A stretch of DNA of 64,000 nucleotides from the NCBI GenBank assembly GCA_016190175.1, contig JACPRC010000202.1:11750-75749 (forward strand), in the 5' to 3' direction. Both the position numbers and the translations under genes were made by a program. The DNA comes from Planctomycetota bacterium. Its GTDB lineage: Bacteria; Planctomycetota; MHYJ01; JACPRB01. This document shows, piece by piece, positions 18,898 through 27,257 of the stretch. The notes under the pieces are model-generated. The model ran no database searches. It worked only from the letters and a program-made list of their open reading frames with translations, and was not told the DNA's origin. The stretch's first letter is position 1. Every line of letters starts with the position of its first letter.

Positions 18898-19107
18898 GGG
18901 AACGCCCCGTTCACACTCGGGAACGTCCCGTTCCCGCTCGGGAATGTCCCGGTCGCACCCGGGAAGCCGGCGCATCGATCCGGGAGCCCCGCGTTCCGAG
19001 TCGGGAACGCGCCGTCCACACTCGGGAACGTCCCGTTCCCGGTCGGGAAGCCGCCGCATCGATCCGGGGACGCCGCGTTCCGAGTCGGGAACGCCCCGTT
19101 CGCACTC
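18898..19107. repeat. Degenerate 21-bp tandem repeat, about 10 units
   Basis: Units such as gggaacgccccgttcacactc / gggaacgtcccgttcccgctc, with a higher-order four-unit duplication. Confidence 0.85.
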
Positions 19108-19309
19108 GGGCATCCCTTTCGCGGATCGGGCTGCGGCCCTGCCGAAAGAACAAAGAGCAAAGGTAACCGTTCACGGGTCGCCATCAGCCCTCAGAGGTCA
19201 GCTTTCAGCCGGGCCGGCGCGACTCCCATCTTGCCGAAGACTGATTGCGGACGGCTGAACGAGCAAAGAACGAAGAAGAAAGCGGGCTATCGGCGAGCGG
19301 CGCATCCCC

Positions 19310-20281
19310 TCACCGCTGCACCATCCCCGTCGGGTTGATCGTGATCTCCTTCTCCTCCGCCGGGGACTTGATCTTGATCCGCAGCTGGTTCGAGTGCTTC
19401 CGCGGGTCCAGCCGCCCCTCGCCGTCGAAGTGGATCACGAATTCCGTCTGCTTCGGCGCGAGGTATCCCTGGGGCAGGTCGAACTTCGCCTCGCTCGGCA
19501 GCAGGTACCGCTCGCGCGCGAAGATGAGGCTCACGCGGAACTCGTCGAGGATCCCCTGGCAGCCGCCCTTCGACGCGCCGAGCACGAGCGCCTGCCCCTT
19601 CGTCCACTTCATCGTGACCGCTCCCGTCGCCAGGAGCGCGTCGTTGACGACGAGCTGCGCCTCGCGGCCGTTGAAGACGAGGTGGATCCGGTACCAGCGG
19701 TCCGAGCCGCGGAAGGTCACGCTCCCCGACGAGAGCGTGGCCGTGCCGATCCGCGCGACGAGCTGGCCGTTCGCCTCGATCGACATCTCGAGCTGCGGCC
19801 CGATCGCGCACAGCATCTGCCGCCGCGGCGCGTCGACACGATAGAACCAGAACTCGATCGCGACGCCCTGGTCCTCGGCGTACACCGGAAACTCCCCGCA
19901 GTCCACGGTCGTCGAGCCCGTCATCTGGAGCGCCGAGCCGACGCGGCCCGGCACGAGCACGCCGTTCGTGACGCGGCCGTTCTTCCCGAACGCCCCCGTC
20001 GTGACCGTGTCCTCGAAGTGCCACTCCCCCGCGGTCTCCTTGGTCATCGCGTAGACGGCGTTGCCGGCGACGTCGAGGACGACCCATGCGGGGCTGCGCG
20101 TGGCGCGCGCCTCGTCGCGCGCGGCGCGCAGCACGGCGACGAGATGTCCCGCGGCCGCGCGCACGCCGAGGTCGCGGTTCGCGTTGCGGTACAGGGCGAC
20201 GGAAAGCCCGAGGAGCAGGGAGATGATCACGATGACGACGACGACCTCGATGAGGGTGACGCCGGCCCGGTGGTTGGTCAT
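19310..20281 (-). CDS. Prepilin-type (GspH/FimT-like) protein with LamG-like domain
   Basis: RAG|VTLIEVVVV type III signal; LamG-like WYRIHL...GILDEFRV. Confidence 0.82.
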   Translation of the reverse strand: MTNHRAGVTLIEVVVVIVIISLLLGLSVALYRNANRDLGVRAAAGHLVAVLRAARDEARATRSPAWVVLDVAGNAVYAMTKETAGEWHFEDTVTTGAFGKNGRVTNGVLVPGRVGSALQMTGSTTVDCGEFPVYAEDQGVAIEFWFYRVDAPRRQMLCAIGPQLEMSIEANGQLVARIGTATLSSGSVTFRGSDRWYRIHLVFNGREAQLVVNDALLATGAVTMKWTKGQALVLGASKGGCQGILDEFRVSLIFARERYLLPSEAKFDLPQGYLAPKQTEFVIHFDGEGRLDPRKHSNQLRIKIKSPAEEKEITINPTGMVQR

Positions 20282-20350
20282 TGGTGGTTGGTGGTTGGTG
20301 AAGAGGGCACGCACCCCGCACCAACCACTAACCACCAACCACCAACCACT
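20270..20350. repeat. Inverted heptamer arrays (TGGTGGT)n...(ACCACCA)n
   Basis: tggttggtcattggtggttggtggttggtgaagag...caccaaccactaaccaccaaccaccaaccacta. Confidence 0.85.
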
Positions 20351-21056
20351 AGAATTGCCGGAGATCGTCCTCGGTTCCGAGGATCCCGTCCGGTCCCGGG
20401 GAAACGAGCTGGTACTTGTCGGGCATCGCCCACGAGCTTCCCGCCCCCTTGAGCGGCTTGAAGGACTGCTCCTGGCCGCCCGCCGCGCCGAGGTAGGTCG
20501 TCAGGGGCGCGGGAGCCCGGGCGTAGTCGTTGTGGTGGAGATAGACCAGCGGGTTCCCGAAGAAGTCCGTGTACTCCAGGAGCGCGTACGCCCCCGACTC
20601 CGCGAGATAGGACTCCGTCGGGTTCTTGGGGAGATCGTCGCCGTCCGCGTTCGCGTACATCTCCTGCGTAGGCGGCTGGTACAGGATGCCGCCCTTCTGC
20701 TTGCTCGAGAGACTCGCGACGAGGGACTCGACTCCGTTGTTCGTGTTGTTCGGGACCTTCACCTTGTAGTCGGCGAGGGTGGACGGCGGGTAGTCGCGCC
20801 AGCGCGTGTGGTAGTTGTCGAGCGCGCCCTGCATCGTGGAGAGCATCGCCTGCGTGTTCGAGATCTTCGAGGTCTTGATCGCGTAGGTGACGCCCACCAG
20901 GGCGAGCGAGGCGAGGATGCCGATGATGACGATGACGACGAGGATCTCGAGCAGGGTGAAGCCGGCCCGGGGATACGGGGAGATGGGGGGATGAGGGGAT
21001 GGGGGGAGCGTCCGCCACTCCCCCCATCTCCCCATCTCCCGATCTCCCGATCTCAT
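20349..21056 (-). CDS. Prepilin-type major pseudopilin, GspG-like
   Basis: RAG|FTLLEILVVIVIIGILA; C-terminal SPGPDGILGTEDDL T2SS-G signature. Confidence 0.85.
   Translation of the reverse strand: MRSGDREMGRWGEWRTLPPSPHPPISPYPRAGFTLLEILVVIVIIGILASLALVGVTYAIKTSKISNTQAMLSTMQGALDNYHTRWRDYPPSTLADYKVKVPNNTNNGVESLVASLSSKQKGGILYQPPTQEMYANADGDDLPKNPTESYLAESGAYALLEYTDFFGNPLVYLHHNDYARAPAPLTTYLGAAGGQEQSFKPLKGAGSSWAMPDKYQLVSPGPDGILGTEDDLRQF
20969..21055. repeat. Inverted octamer arrays (GGGGAGAT)n...(ATCTCCCS)n inside the prepilin leader
   Basis: gggatacggggagatggggggatgaggggatgggggg...ccccccatctccccatctcccgatctcccgatctc. Confidence 0.8.
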
Positions 21057-24013
21057 TTTCGCCTCTCGTATATCCTAACATCGTCGAGGGCCAGGGTGAA
21101 CCGGATCCTCCGCTCGCCGCGCGCCCAGAACGAGACCTTGAGCCCGCCCTTCCCCTGAAGGTTCGTGAAGGGCCACGGCATCTCGGCCACCTTCGCGTAG
21201 TCGCGCTTCGCGGGATCGTAGATCTGCACCTCGATCTGGGACGCATGCTCCTTCCTCCGGCGCTCGAGGCGCAGCCGGATCTCCTGCGGCGCGCGGTACT
21301 GCTGGTTCGCCGTCTGCCACTCCCCCTCCGTGATCTCGTGGCGGTCCTTCAGGAAGCGGTCGCTGGTCCAGGTGGAGACGCGCAGCCGCCGCGCCCGGTC
21401 GAACGCGAAGTGGAGCCCGGGCCGGGGGGCGTTCTCCTGGACGCGGGGCCCGTAGAGGGAGACCCCGAACTCGAACGAGACGGAGGGCTGCGCCTCCGGA
21501 TAGAACGTCGCCTCGAGCCTGGAGAACTTATCGATCGCCAGATTGTCCCGCTCCAGAAGGGAGGGCACCCAGTCGTCGCCCGGTTCCCCCGCGAACAGGC
21601 AGCGCTGGCCGGAGAGGACGATGGGAACGCGCGGCCGCTCGTCGACCTCGATCCACTGGTTCCGCCCGCGGCCCTGGATGCGGTCCGAATCCTCGCGGCT
21701 GAACGTCTCGTCCACGGCGTAGGAGGTGGCCGTCCACTCGTCGATCTTCTTCACCGTCTCCGCCGCCTCCTGGACGAACCGCAGGGAGACCGGATCCTCG
21801 TAGTCCTTGTCCTTGACCTCCGAAGCCGCCTTGAAGTACGACCGCGCCGCGGCCAGCCGCCCCGCGGCGTCTTCGCTCCCGAACAAGTAGTGCAGATAGC
21901 CGTAGGCGTACTCGACGATCGGGTCCGCCCGGAGGCTGGCGTCGCGCACGAGCTGCTTCGCGTGGTCGAGCCTCTTGCGCGCCGGCTCGGGCCGCCGCAG
22001 CAGCAGATCGGCGCAGGCGAGCGCGAGCTGGACGTTGATCCGGTTCTGGTCCTCGATCCGCCCGAACAGCGTGGATGCCCGGACCAGATCGGCCCGGGCC
22101 GACGCGCGCCAGGCGTCGGGGACGAGACGGATCTGGTCGCGCGCCGCCTCGCCCCACAGACGGCCCAGCGCGGGGAGCGACCGGTCCGCCGCCTCGCAGA
22201 GCGCCGCGAGGCGCGCGGCCTCCGCCGTCTGCGACTCCGCCAGCCGCAGGCACGACACGGCCACGCCCGAGCAGGCCGGCAGGAAGAGGGGCTCGCGGCG
22301 CAGCGCCTCGCGCGAACCCGCCAGCGCCGCGTCCAGGTTGCCGGACCGCAGCATCAGTTCGCCCCTGAGGTAGTTCGCGTACGCGTGGCCGGGATCGGCC
22401 GTGAGCGCCGCGTCGAGCCGCTTCGCGGCGTCCTCGCCGTTGCCCCCGAGCAGGAACGCGAGCGCCTGACAGGCGGGGACGTCGGCGTCGGCCGGGTCGC
22501 GCTCCGCGGCCTTCGCCAGCAGCGCGGCCGCCTCGGCCGGCTTGCCCGCGAGGAGGTACAGGTGCGCGAGGTTCGTCCACGCCTCGCCGGCGTACTGGTC
22601 CTGGAGGAGCGCCGCCGCGAACGCCGACGACGCGTCCTTCCAGCGGCCCTCGAACGCGTGGCAGCAGCCGAGCGCGTTCCACGCCTCGGCCGACTTCGCC
22701 TTGGACGCGGCATCCAGGTCGGGGAGCGCCTCCGCGAAGCGGCCGAGCGACAGGTGCGCGCGTCCCCGCGCCGTCAGCGCCGCCGTCCGCAGCTCCGGCG
22801 TGAAGTTCTTCTGGTCGTTCGAGTACTTCCCGAACATGTCCGTGACGATCTCCACCGTGCGGGCGGGGTCGCCCAGCTCCACGGACATCCTTGCCTGGCC
22901 GACCTTGCCGCGGAACGAGAGGGGCGAGAGCACGCTCTTCCCGTAGGCGTCGAGCGCCGACTCGAAGCAGCCCAGCTTCCGCAGGCCTTCGGCGACGCGC
23001 AGCCACAGCTCCTCGCGCATCGCGGGCGCCGCCTGAACGCACAGCTCGTAGTGCGCGAGCGCGGCGTCGAAGTCGCCCTGCTCCTCCAGGATCTCGCCGA
23101 GGAGCAGGATCGCGCGCGCATGGTCGCGCTTGAGTTCGAGCGCGCTCCGCAGATCCTGCGTCGCGGACTCGATCATCCCGCGCTGCCGGCACTCGTCCGG
23201 GGTCCCGTGGCAGAGGCGGTTCGCCTCCGCGTCGGCCTTCGGCTGGAGGGGCTCCGGTTCGTGGCACCACCTCGCGAGCTCCACGCGCCGGTCCGCCTCC
23301 TGCGGCGCGCCCGCGAGCTTCTTCCGGCGGTACGCGAGCTGCTCCGAGTTCTTCCAGCTATGCTGGATCTCCTTGATGGCGCTCTTCTTCCAGGTGTGAC
23401 TGCCCGCGCCGCCCTTCAGGCCCAGCACGAGGACGTCGGGCGCCTCCTCCTGGCGCGCGCAGCCGGCGACGCACTTCCCCTCGTCCGGCTGCTGCGCGCT
23501 GTTGAAGATCACGACGCAGAACTCGCGCTCCCGGTCGTCGCTCTGGTCCTTGAAGGGCGTGAGCGCAGGTTCCTCGATCTTCTTGAGCGCCTCCAACTGG
23601 TCGGCCGCCGGCAGGTCGGCCTCCGCGACCACGGCTCGCGTGCCCGGCGCGGGGTACTTCGCCTTCGCCTTCTCGTTGTAGATCCGCAGGGGCGGAGCAG
23701 GCCGGAAGAGCGGGACGACGGGGTTCTCGATCCGCGGCATGGGCGCGGCGATGGCCGGGACCGGCAGTTGCGTCGTGCTCTCCGTCAGGAAGACGTTGCG
23801 TCCGCCCCAGTACTTCTCGAAGTCCGCGTCCACCGGCCGGAACTGGAGCCCGGGCCAGGGGCGGTGCTCGCGGGCGCGGGACGCCGGGAAGGCGTCGTCT
23901 CCCGGGCCGCCGGGGCCGCCCGCCACGCCCGCGAGGAGCAGGACGGCCGCGACCGCGGCGCATGCGGCGAACGCGATCTGCTCGCGCGTGAGCGACTTGA
24001 GCCAGTCCTTCAT
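21053..24013 (-). CDS. Large TPR-repeat protein with N-terminal membrane anchor
   Basis: N-terminal TM; many TPR units (AWNALGCC, AWTNLAHL); in the pilus-type operon. Confidence 0.8.
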   Translation of the reverse strand: MKDWLKSLTREQIAFAACAAVAAVLLLAGVAGGPGGPGDDAFPASRAREHRPWPGLQFRPVDADFEKYWGGRNVFLTESTTQLPVPAIAAPMPRIENPVVPLFRPAPPLRIYNEKAKAKYPAPGTRAVVAEADLPAADQLEALKKIEEPALTPFKDQSDDREREFCVVIFNSAQQPDEGKCVAGCARQEEAPDVLVLGLKGGAGSHTWKKSAIKEIQHSWKNSEQLAYRRKKLAGAPQEADRRVELARWCHEPEPLQPKADAEANRLCHGTPDECRQRGMIESATQDLRSALELKRDHARAILLLGEILEEQGDFDAALAHYELCVQAAPAMREELWLRVAEGLRKLGCFESALDAYGKSVLSPLSFRGKVGQARMSVELGDPARTVEIVTDMFGKYSNDQKNFTPELRTAALTARGRAHLSLGRFAEALPDLDAASKAKSAEAWNALGCCHAFEGRWKDASSAFAAALLQDQYAGEAWTNLAHLYLLAGKPAEAAALLAKAAERDPADADVPACQALAFLLGGNGEDAAKRLDAALTADPGHAYANYLRGELMLRSGNLDAALAGSREALRREPLFLPACSGVAVSCLRLAESQTAEAARLAALCEAADRSLPALGRLWGEAARDQIRLVPDAWRASARADLVRASTLFGRIEDQNRINVQLALACADLLLRRPEPARKRLDHAKQLVRDASLRADPIVEYAYGYLHYLFGSEDAAGRLAAARSYFKAASEVKDKDYEDPVSLRFVQEAAETVKKIDEWTATSYAVDETFSREDSDRIQGRGRNQWIEVDERPRVPIVLSGQRCLFAGEPGDDWVPSLLERDNLAIDKFSRLEATFYPEAQPSVSFEFGVSLYGPRVQENAPRPGLHFAFDRARRLRVSTWTSDRFLKDRHEITEGEWQTANQQYRAPQEIRLRLERRRKEHASQIEVQIYDPAKRDYAKVAEMPWPFTNLQGKGGLKVSFWARGERRIRFTLALDDVRIYERRK

Positions 24014-24117
24014 TCGACCACCAGGCTTGGTGGTTGGTGGTTGGTCGTTCGTGGTTGGTGAAGAGACTCTTCACCAACCACCAACCACGAACCACGAACC
24101 ACTCTCCTCATTCGACC
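24010..24117. mobile_element. Inverted heptamer-array element flanked by a 10-bp direct repeat (TCATTCGACC)
   Basis: Direct repeats at 24010-24019 and 24108-24117; central palindrome tgaagag-a-ctcttca. Confidence 0.65.
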
Positions 24118-24902
24118 GCCTTCCCCCCCTCGATGGGCTTCTCGGGATCCAGGACGAGCCCGCAGACGACGAAGTCCGCGTCGTAGTTCTCCTGTCCGCC
24201 CGTCGCCGCGCCGCCGATGGCTGCGGCGTCCACGCACAGGTACGGACTCTGCTGGAACGCGTGGGCAACCCGGAAGACGCCCTCCAGGCTCCCCGACACG
24301 CGGATGCGAACCGCCACCTTGCGGAGGAACCGCTCCCCTCCCGTCTCTTTCGGACCCTCGATCGAGATGTCGATATCGGCGAAGCGGTCCCCCGGTTTCA
24401 TCACGGCGATCGCGGAGCGCACGGCCGCATCGGCCACGGCCAGCCGGAGGAGGGCCTCCTCCGCCGCGACCTCGTCCCCCTGGATCCGCGAGATCACGCT
24501 CGCGAAGCCGAAGTCCTCCCGGAACTCCCCCAGCCCCGCCGAACCGTTCAGCGTCTTCAGCTCGTCCCGGACGTTGAGATACACGTCTTTGAAATGGTCC
24601 TCGTGCTTCCCCTTCCCCCGGAACCGGTCCGGCAGGGCGAAGCGGTGCGTCTTCACGGCGTCGCCGAGTTTCTGGCGCAGGTTCTTGAGCTCCGTGTCCG
24701 CCTGGGAGATCGCCGCGTCGCTCGGCACGCCGCCCGAGGACTGCGACCGGTAGTTCCGCTCCTTCGCCTCGCGCGTCTTCGCCTCCTTCGCGGCCCCCGC
24801 GCTGATCGGCCGATAGATCAGGACGAGATGGAGGATCACGCAGAGCGCGATCGCGCCCACGGCGATCAGGAACTTCCGGTTCTCCTTCAGCCAATACTCC
24901 AT
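24108..24902 (-). CDS. PilO/GspM-like membrane protein
   Basis: Single N-terminal TM plus coiled coil; lies downstream of pilM-like gene. Confidence 0.6.
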   Translation of the reverse strand: MEYWLKENRKFLIAVGAIALCVILHLVLIYRPISAGAAKEAKTREAKERNYRSQSSGGVPSDAAISQADTELKNLRQKLGDAVKTHRFALPDRFRGKGKHEDHFKDVYLNVRDELKTLNGSAGLGEFREDFGFASVISRIQGDEVAAEEALLRLAVADAAVRSAIAVMKPGDRFADIDISIEGPKETGGERFLRKVAVRIRVSGSLEGVFRVAHAFQQSPYLCVDAAAIGGAATGGQENYDADFVVCGLVLDPEKPIEGGKAVE

Positions 24903-24947
24903 GTTCTACGTTCTACGTTCTACGTTCTACGTTCCACGTTCCATGTT

Positions 24948-25355
24948 CTACGTTTCACGCTTTGATCGCGACGATCCACGATTGCGCGGATCCGGAGCAG
25001 ACGCGAGGTACCGAAGGAACCCTCCGATCAGCTCCTTGACCTTCCTGGCGTGCGAATAGAGCGAGTCGAACGACTCGCCGGAGATGTAATCCTGGTCCAT
25101 ACACAGGTACAGATGCGACTGGAGCTCGGAGGCGGACCTTCTGGCGAGCCGGAGGAAGCGAGCGAATTCGCGGTTGGAGCCCCCGTCGAAACCCTCCGCG
25201 ATGTTGGCCATGGCCGATACGGCGGCCCGACGCATCTGTCTGCGCAAGTCGGGGTCCGCGCGGAACGCGTCCGTACGGGTCGCTTCGTACACCGTCTTGG
25301 CCAGACTCCGTGCCTCCGTCCATGCCTCGATCTCCTCGAACTTCGTGATCGTCAT
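24948..25355 (-). CDS. Four-helix-bundle protein (23S rRNA IVP / bAvd-like family)
   Basis: FEEIEAW, QMRRAAVSAMANIAEGF, EFARFLRLARRSASELQSHL; GGAGG RBS; flanked by inverted heptamer arrays. Confidence 0.92.
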   Translation of the reverse strand: MTITKFEEIEAWTEARSLAKTVYEATRTDAFRADPDLRRQMRRAAVSAMANIAEGFDGGSNREFARFLRLARRSASELQSHLYLCMDQDYISGESFDSLYSHARKVKELIGGFLRYLASAPDPRNRGSSRSKRET

Positions 25356-25421
25356 GATCGCACGCCTCCCGTGATCAGAACAGGGAACGTGGAACATGGA
25401 ACGTGGAACATGGAACGTCCT

Positions 25422-27254
25422 TCATTCGTATCGCGCCTGGCAGATCACCGCGATCTCGAAGCGCCGCCATCCCGGACGGTCGGCGTCCGTCAGTCCGGAC
25501 GTCCGCGCGAGCTGCCCTCTCTGCTCCTTCGTCAGCCGCCGCTTGATCTCGTCGAGGATCCGGTTCGCCTTCCCCGGCGATTCGGCGCTCACCTCCCCCA
25601 CCACCAGGACGACGCGCGCGTCGCCCTCCCATTCGAGCAGGTCGGCGCAGTCCCCTTTCGGGAAGATGCGCGGTTCCGCCTGCGGGGGAAAGTCCATGCG
25701 GACCCGGAACGCATCTTCCGTGCGGTCCTCGATCTCGCCGATCACCAGCCCGGCCTCCGCGTGGCGGAAGAGGCAGCGCCGCCCGCCCTTCCCCTCGCGC
25801 GTGCGGTCCCCGGAGGGATCGACGATCTTCAGCTCGCGCAGCATGATCCCCTCCTCCTTGAGCGCGAACTGCCGCACCTCCGAATGGACGTCCAGAAGCG
25901 CGCGGGAGGCGAGGGTGGCCGTCGCGATCCGGTCGAGCCTGGCCGCGACCTCGCGCTGGTCCGCCTCGATCCGGTCGAGCTTCGCGATCCGATCGAGGTT
26001 CGCGGAGGACTGCTTTTCGAACCCCTCCCGGCGCGACGTCTGGGACGCGCGGCGCACGGCGGCGAAGCCGGTGATGACGAGGAGCGCGACGAGGAGGGCG
26101 GCCGCTCCCGCGGCGACGTAGGACCACGCCCGGAAGAAGTCGCGCCTCTTCTTGACCGCGTCCGGCAGGATCGAGAGCATGGCCTTGTCCGCCGGCAGGA
26201 GGGAGAGCTGCGCGAGACCCAGCGGCACGGCGAACTCCGTGGGAAGCGAGCGGAAGTCCTCCCCGCCCGCGGCCTCCACGCCCGAGGCGTCGACGCCGGC
26301 GATGAACGGGTCGAAGAGCTCGACGGGCACCTTGAGCGGGCTCTGCTGAAGGGAGCTCTGGAGATACTCGGGCAGCCCGCGCAACCGCGCGCCGCCGCCC
26401 GAAAGCAGGATGCGATCGACGGACAGCTCGCGGTCGCCGAGCTCCACGCGCGCGTGGTTGACGCAGGACTGGATGAAGCCGGAGAGCTGGCCCGCGGCCG
26501 TGCGGATCGCGGGCCGGATCTCCTCCTCCTTCGGATCCGCGTTGTCGGACGCGGGCAGGATGCTGCCGTAGCGGATCTTCAGCCACTCGGCCTCGTCGGG
26601 CCCCACGCCCGCGGCGGCCGCGATGTTCTGGTCGAAGATGCGGGCCCCCGTGGAGACGTTGCGCGCGTAGATGAGCTTCCCGCCCCGGACCAAGGCGACG
26701 TCCATGTTGTCCGCGCCCAGGTCCAGGACCATGTGCGTCCCGCCCGCATCGCCGTAGGCGGTCCGGAAGGCGGCGCACAGCGCGAAGGCGTTCGGCACGG
26801 CGTCCCGGACGTCCACCCCCGCCCGCCGCGCCACCTCGAGCCGCTCGTCCACGTAGGGCTTCTTGCCCACGCCCACCATGGCGAGATACTGTTTGAAGTA
26901 CGCGTCGGGCTCCCGCAGGGTGCAGAAGTCCGCATAAAGCTGCTCGTCCCCTTCGCGGCGCTGGTCCAATTCGTAGCCCATCATCGCCCGGTAGTTCGCC
27001 GGCTTCATGGCGGGCTGCTGCACGACCTGGAGGTTGATGTCGCGGCCGGAGAGTCCGACCACGCCGACGCGCCGGCCGCCCCCGTCGCCCAGCGCCTCGT
27101 GGAGGATCTTCATCAGCAGAGGCTTGCGCTCCTCGGGCTTGCCGACCCTCGGAATGCGGCGGCGGGCGACGCCGGTGACGACGAATCCACGGAGGCCGCG
27201 CTGGAGCGCGACCACCTTCACCGCGCTGTTGCCCAGATCGATCCCGAGTCCCAT
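25422..27254 (-). CDS. pilM: Type IV pilus assembly PilM (actin-like ATPase fold) fused to a PilN-like C-terminus
   Basis: GIDLGNSAVKVV, VLDLGAD, ILLSGGGARLRGL, PLGLA, then TM and coiled coil. Confidence 0.85.
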   Translation of the reverse strand: MGLGIDLGNSAVKVVALQRGLRGFVVTGVARRRIPRVGKPEERKPLLMKILHEALGDGGGRRVGVVGLSGRDINLQVVQQPAMKPANYRAMMGYELDQRREGDEQLYADFCTLREPDAYFKQYLAMVGVGKKPYVDERLEVARRAGVDVRDAVPNAFALCAAFRTAYGDAGGTHMVLDLGADNMDVALVRGGKLIYARNVSTGARIFDQNIAAAAGVGPDEAEWLKIRYGSILPASDNADPKEEEIRPAIRTAAGQLSGFIQSCVNHARVELGDRELSVDRILLSGGGARLRGLPEYLQSSLQQSPLKVPVELFDPFIAGVDASGVEAAGGEDFRSLPTEFAVPLGLAQLSLLPADKAMLSILPDAVKKRRDFFRAWSYVAAGAAALLVALLVITGFAAVRRASQTSRREGFEKQSSANLDRIAKLDRIEADQREVAARLDRIATATLASRALLDVHSEVRQFALKEEGIMLRELKIVDPSGDRTREGKGGRRCLFRHAEAGLVIGEIEDRTEDAFRVRMDFPPQAEPRIFPKGDCADLLEWEGDARVVLVVGEVSAESPGKANRILDEIKRRLTKEQRGQLARTSGLTDADRPGWRRFEIAVICQARYE

Positions 27255-27257
27255 GTC

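Noticed and set aside
18898..19107. CRISPR array
   Set aside because: Units are contiguous and degenerate with no unique spacers; no cas genes in the window.
24948..25355. Diversity-generating retroelement (Avd-like gene)
   Set aside because: No reverse transcriptase and no TR/VR pair with adenine-specific mismatches seen in the window.
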